Source: an uncultured beta proteobacterium (lineage in GTDB: Bacteria > Pseudomonadota > Gammaproteobacteria > Burkholderiales > Gallionellaceae). From it: 64,000 nt of DNA. Below are positions 60,891 through 64,000 of the stretch, in pieces (positions within the stretch are counted from its first letter, which is position 1; each line of letters opens with the position of its first letter). Where the stretch lies: positions 155,273 through 219,272 of the forward strand of contig CAVVRT010000003.1 of the NCBI GenBank assembly GCA_963750775.1, in the 5' to 3' direction. Both the position numbers and the translations under genes were made by a program. The notes under the pieces are model-generated. The model made no database searches, was not told the DNA's origin, and saw only the letters and a list, made by a program, of their open reading frames with translations.

Positions 60891-62543
60891 ATGAACAAAG
60901 TTGACACTCATTTTTTACGCTATGCACCCGATGTGGTTTTCATCACCGAAGCCGATGGGCGCATCGTGTTTGTCAATGACAATGCGCTGACTGTTTTAGG
61001 CTATAGCGCAGCCGAGTTATTAAGCATGACGGTGTTAGATATTTCACCGCCTGATTGGCGTGCCGTGTATGCCGAGCGTTTGAGCCGCGTGACTGAAATC
61101 GGCGTACGCGAACTGATGGAAATCCGTTTAATCAGCAAAACGGGACAGAAAATTCCGATGGAATTGAATCTGCTCAAGATGCCCAATGGCTTGCTGTATG
61201 GCTTGTGCCGCGACATTCACGAACGCAAGCAAGCTGAAAAATCGCTCCATCAACTCACTTATTACGACGCGCTCACACAACTGCCGAATCGTCTCGCACT
61301 CCTCAATGCGCTCAAACAAAACCTGCTAAATACCGTAAGCAACCTGCGCTTTGGCGCGCTGTTGGTGATTGATTTAGATCACTTCAAATCCTTCAAAGCC
61401 GCAATCGGCGATGCCCTATTGCTACAAGTGGCGCAACGCTTACGCGCGATACAGCGCAACAATCACAGCGTGGCATGTTTGGGCGGCGACGTGTTTGTCG
61501 TGATGCTAGATCCCTTCAGCACCGAGCTGTCCAGCGCGGCCGAATTGGCCGACTTATTGGCAAATGAAATCAGTCGCGCGCTCAAACAACCGTTCCTGAT
61601 TAACCAACAAGAATTACGCATCTCCGCCTCTATCGGTATCGCACTATTTTCTGGCGAACAAGAGTCGCCCGATGAGTTATTAAAGCAAGCTAAATCCGCC
61701 ACCGATGCAGCGAAAAAAGCGGGACGCGACACCATCAAGTTTTACAACCCCGCCTTGCAAAGCTCACTCGCAGCACGCCATGAGTTAGAGCAGCAATTAC
61801 GTATCGCCATCGAGCAACAACAATTTTTGTTGCATTACCAAGTTCAAGTCGATAGCCAAGCACGCGCCGTCGGCGCAGAAGTATTGCTGCGTTGGCAACA
61901 CCCACAACGCGGCATGATTTCGCCCGCCGAATTTATTCCTTTAAGCGAAGAAACGGGACTCATTGTGCCGCTCGGTTTGTGGGTGTTAGAACAAGCTTGT
62001 GCGCAACTCAAAACTTGGCAAAAATCCGCGCAATTACGCGATTTAGTCTTGGCGGTGAACGTCAGCACCAAACAATTACAAGCCGCCAATTTTGTCGCGC
62101 AAGTACAAAAAATCTTGCTCGACACAGGCGCAAAAGCCTCGCAACTCAAGCTCGAATTGACCGAAAGTGCGGTGCTAGAAAATATCGAAGACTCAATCAA
62201 CAAAATGCGCGCGCTGCAATTATTAGGCATCCGTTTTTCACTGGATGATTTCGGTACAGGGCATTCCTCGTTGCAGTATTTGAAACGCTTACCACTAGAC
62301 CAAATCAAAATTGACCAATCTTTTGTACGCGACATTGCCACCGACCCGAATGATGCGGTCATCGTCAAAACCATTATTTCCATGTCCGACGCGTTAGGTC
62401 TCAACGTGATTGCCGAAGGCGTAGAAACCGCCGCGCAGCGGGACTTTTTAGAGGCGCATGGTTGCCATGTTTTTCAAGGTTATTGGTTTGCCAAACCGCT
62501 GCCACTGGATGCTTTTATCGCCGCCTTAGCCGCGCTTAAATAG
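60891..62543 (+). CDS. PAS - degenerate GGDEF - EAL protein, probable c-di-GMP phosphodiesterase
   Basis: PAS (APD.VF....G.I..VN); YYDALT.LPNR; GGDVF; EAL motifs EVLLRW, NVS, ELTES, LDDFGTG, KID, EGVET, QG. Confidence 0.9.
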   Translation: MNKVDTHFLRYAPDVVFITEADGRIVFVNDNALTVLGYSAAELLSMTVLDISPPDWRAVYAERLSRVTEIGVRELMEIRLISKTGQKIPMELNLLKMPNGLLYGLCRDIHERKQAEKSLHQLTYYDALTQLPNRLALLNALKQNLLNTVSNLRFGALLVIDLDHFKSFKAAIGDALLLQVAQRLRAIQRNNHSVACLGGDVFVVMLDPFSTELSSAAELADLLANEISRALKQPFLINQQELRISASIGIALFSGEQESPDELLKQAKSATDAAKKAGRDTIKFYNPALQSSLAARHELEQQLRIAIEQQQFLLHYQVQVDSQARAVGAEVLLRWQHPQRGMISPAEFIPLSEETGLIVPLGLWVLEQACAQLKTWQKSAQLRDLVLAVNVSTKQLQAANFVAQVQKILLDTGAKASQLKLELTESAVLENIEDSINKMRALQLLGIRFSLDDFGTGHSSLQYLKRLPLDQIKIDQSFVRDIATDPNDAVIVKTIISMSDALGLNVIAEGVETAAQRDFLEAHGCHVFQGYWFAKPLPLDAFIAALAALK

Positions 62544-62601
62544 CTGCGCCTACCCAGCCGTATTTCTTTACAATGCGCCGCGCTCAACTTTGCCCCACAC
62601 C

Positions 62602-64000
62602 ATGACAGCTCCAGACCACCACCACTACAGCGACAACGTCCAGACTCACCTCAAACAGGTCGAGGCTTTGTTGGCGAAGCACGCTTTAGTCGAAGAGGTT
62701 GCGCATAAAGAAATGATTCCGCGCGCCGAGCGTCACGAGCTGATAGATCGCTTGCTGCACAAGCAACATCTCACCCTGTTACGCAGCAAGTTAGACGGTT
62801 TACACGCCGCCGACATCGCCTACATTCTGGAAGCCTTACCGATTGAGCAACGCTTGTTGGTATGGGATTTGGTTAAGTCAGATCGCGATGGCGAAATTCT
62901 GATTGAGGTGTCCGACTCAGTGCGTGAATCGCTGATTGCCACTATGAATCGCGAGGAACTCAGTGCCGCTGCGGGGCAACTCGACACCGACGAAATCGCC
63001 GACTTAGCCCCAGACTTACCGCAAAGCGTGATGCGCGATGTGTTCAAATCTTTGTCGGTCGAAGAGCGCGAACAACTGCGTTCGGCGATGACTTATAGCG
63101 AGGATTCGGTCGGCGCGTTGATGGATTTCAACATGGTGCATATTCGTGATGATGTTAGCTTGGAAGTGGTGTCGCGCTATCTGCGCCGCTTCGACGAATT
63201 ACCCGATCACACCGATCAAATTTTCGTGGTGGATCGCGATGAACATCTCCAAGGTGTGCTGTCCTTAAACAGCATCGTGGTCAACGAACCCGAAGTCATC
63301 GTGAGCAGCTTGATGCGCACCGACATCATCAAACTGCACACCGATGAAAAAGCCAGTCAAGCCGCACTCGCGTTCGAGCGTTACGACTTGGTGTCCGCGC
63401 CAGTAGTGGATGAAGACGGCAAATTAGTCGGACGCGTCACGGTCAACGTGGTGTTGGATTTTGTGCGTACCGAATCGGAAAGCGACTTGCTCAATCAAGC
63501 GGGGTTGTTGGAAGAGGAAGACGTGTTCGCGTCGGTGTGGAAGTCGGCAAAAAACCGTTGGGTGTGGCTGGGCTTAAATTTATGCACGGCATTTTTCGCC
63601 TCACGCGTCATCGGCAATTTTGAAGGCACGATAGAAAAATTCGTCGCACTCGCCGCGCTAATGCCCATCGTCGCGGGGATTGCAGGCAACTCCGCCAACC
63701 AAACCACTACCATCATTATTCGCTCCTTAGCCTTAGGTCAAATCACCCAAGGCAATGCGGGTCGCTTGCTGTTCAAAGAGCTGGCGATTAGCGGCTTGAA
63801 TGGCTTGGTGTGGGGCGGCGTGGCGGGCTTGTTCGCGTACTTTTTGTATCACAACACCGCGCTCAGCATGGTGATGATGAGCGCGATGCTGCTGAATTTA
63901 ATCGCCGGCGCGCTGGTCGGTTTGCTGATTCCCCTCGCCATGCACCGCTTGGGGCGTGACCCCGCCATCGGCTCTAGCGTGCTGCTCACCGCCATCACCG
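62602..64000 (+). CDS. mgtE: Magnesium transporter MgtE (partial, runs off the window)
   Basis: ATG 62602; LHAADIAYILE, CBS pair (SVGALM, FVVD, APVVD), GIAGN, DPAI.S..LLT..T at the window edge. Confidence 0.92.
   Translation, partial: MTAPDHHHYSDNVQTHLKQVEALLAKHALVEEVAHKEMIPRAERHELIDRLLHKQHLTLLRSKLDGLHAADIAYILEALPIEQRLLVWDLVKSDRDGEILIEVSDSVRESLIATMNREELSAAAGQLDTDEIADLAPDLPQSVMRDVFKSLSVEEREQLRSAMTYSEDSVGALMDFNMVHIRDDVSLEVVSRYLRRFDELPDHTDQIFVVDRDEHLQGVLSLNSIVVNEPEVIVSSLMRTDIIKLHTDEKASQAALAFERYDLVSAPVVDEDGKLVGRVTVNVVLDFVRTESESDLLNQAGLLEEEDVFASVWKSAKNRWVWLGLNLCTAFFASRVIGNFEGTIEKFVALAALMPIVAGIAGNSANQTTTIIIRSLALGQITQGNAGRLLFKELAISGLNGLVWGGVAGLFAYFLYHNTALSMVMMSAMLLNLIAGALVGLLIPLAMHRLGRDPAIGSSVLLTAIT

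Noticed and set aside
60830-60891. Repeat-number change fusing the uORF in frame to the phosphodiesterase
   Set aside because: An in-frame TAA at 60870-60872 blocks the fusion

Overview
A 64-kb chromosomal window, probably from a Gallionellaceae-like betaproteobacterium (inferred from gene order and protein style; no database search was possible). It is mostly housekeeping DNA: degS-like protease and Nif3; a cobalamin riboswitch heading btuB-btuM-cobO-cobB-bluB-cbiB-[Thr-P decarboxylase/cobQ fusion]-cobU-cobT; folB-like/metE with divergent metR-cobC-cobS-msbA; arsR-arsC-acr3 divergent from pstSCAB; dedA; queA-tgt-yajC-secDF; tRNA-Leu(CAA); nudJ-mnmA-purB; ettA; hemCDX with a truncated hemY; ppc; an LRR kinase; an SSS symporter; rluD-pgeF; bamD-nudix-mlaA; htpX; aroE-mtgA; a PAS-GGDEF-EAL gene; and partial mgtE. 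Four accessory signals stand out. (1) A DUF2946/CruR-like leader peptide (TM segment, His residues, CxxC, C-terminal RAPP) is followed by an intrinsic terminator and an outer-membrane barrel, metal-binding protein and permease with no ATPase: a candidate metal-sensing, ribosome-arrest-controlled uptake system. (2) Several small palindromic or MITE-like repeat families are present. One is inserted in frame in five protein regions, another forms the linker of the decarboxylase-CobQ fusion, and ~45-bp hairpins are nested in repeats. (3) A brnT-brnA cassette is bounded by 34-bp direct repeats and nested in a duplication of the acr3 3' end. (4) An 8-bp tandem repeat lies inside a uORF overlapping the start of a probable c-di-GMP phosphodiesterase. 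No CRISPR array, integrase or transposase was seen.
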